Part shown: positions 63,758-64,000 of the stretch, in pieces
Layout of the letters: each line of letters opens with the position of its first letter
Position numbering within the stretch: position 1 is the first letter of the stretch
DNA from: Thermoplasmatales archaeon
GTDB taxonomy: Archaea; Thermoplasmatota; Thermoplasmata; Thermoplasmatales; Thermoplasmataceae
Reading direction: 5' to 3'
Assembly (NCBI GenBank): GCA_027310185.1
Contig: DAIDBH010000018.1
Coordinates: 32,001-96,000 of the forward strand
DNA: 64,000 nt
Position numbers and translations under genes: made by a program
The notes under the pieces: generated by a model
Database searches by the model: none
Seen by the model: the letters and a program-made list of their open reading frames with translations, nothing else
Told to the model about the DNA's origin: nothing

Positions 63758-64000
63758 ATGAGCAAGAGGGGATTTAATACCAGAGCTGTAGGTTCTGGAG
63801 AATTGAAGGATAAGAGGTATGGGAATGTCGTCACGCCAATATTTCAGAACGCAACATTCCTTTATCCAAACTACAGTGACGGGTCCACGAAGGATCCTAA
63901 TACAAACGACTCCTACATCTACTCAAGATGGGGAAATCCAACAGTAACTGCACTGGAGGAAAAATATGCATCACTGGAAGGTGCAGGTCATGCATTATCT
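63758..64000 (+). CDS. PLP-dependent transsulfuration enzyme (cystathionine gamma-synthase/lyase family), 5' part
   Basis: Manual translation: MSKRGFNTRAV...GNVVTPIFQNATF...YSRWGNPTV.ALE..YASLEG; runs off the window. Confidence 0.9.
   Translation, partial: MSKRGFNTRAVGSGELKDKRYGNVVTPIFQNATFLYPNYSDGSTKDPNTNDSYIYSRWGNPTVTALEEKYASLEGAGHALS

Overview
Archaeal chromosomal DNA, most consistent with an acidophilic Thermoplasmatales organism (egsA, type II MetAP, UPF0179, archaeal YchF, fused ETF, TATA-driven genes that often look leaderless). Right of tRNA-Val(GAC) (52.4-64 kb) is ordinary housekeeping DNA. The 52 kb on the tRNA's 3' side is a mosaic of regulators, transporters, redox and sugar enzymes, with a few core-type genes. 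The two best candidates for an undescribed system are (i) a two-gene cassette pairing a PD-(D/E)XK nuclease-DUF2075 helicase with a MazG-like dNTP pyrophosphatase (26.4-28.7 kb) and (ii) an AT-rich wHTH plus DpdJ-like zinc-finger helicase operon that runs off the left edge and is absent from the ORF track (1-2.1 kb). Also seen: an AbiE pair with a triply broken antitoxin but an open toxin frame, a 37-codon leader ORF with competing RNA pairings before a P3A H+-ATPase, a deletion scar joining two glycosidase 3' remnants, a nonsense-truncated aldo-keto reductase, and a possible box C/D sRNA. I saw no CRISPR array, rRNA, integrase or transposase. All family calls come from motif recognition by eye, not database searches.
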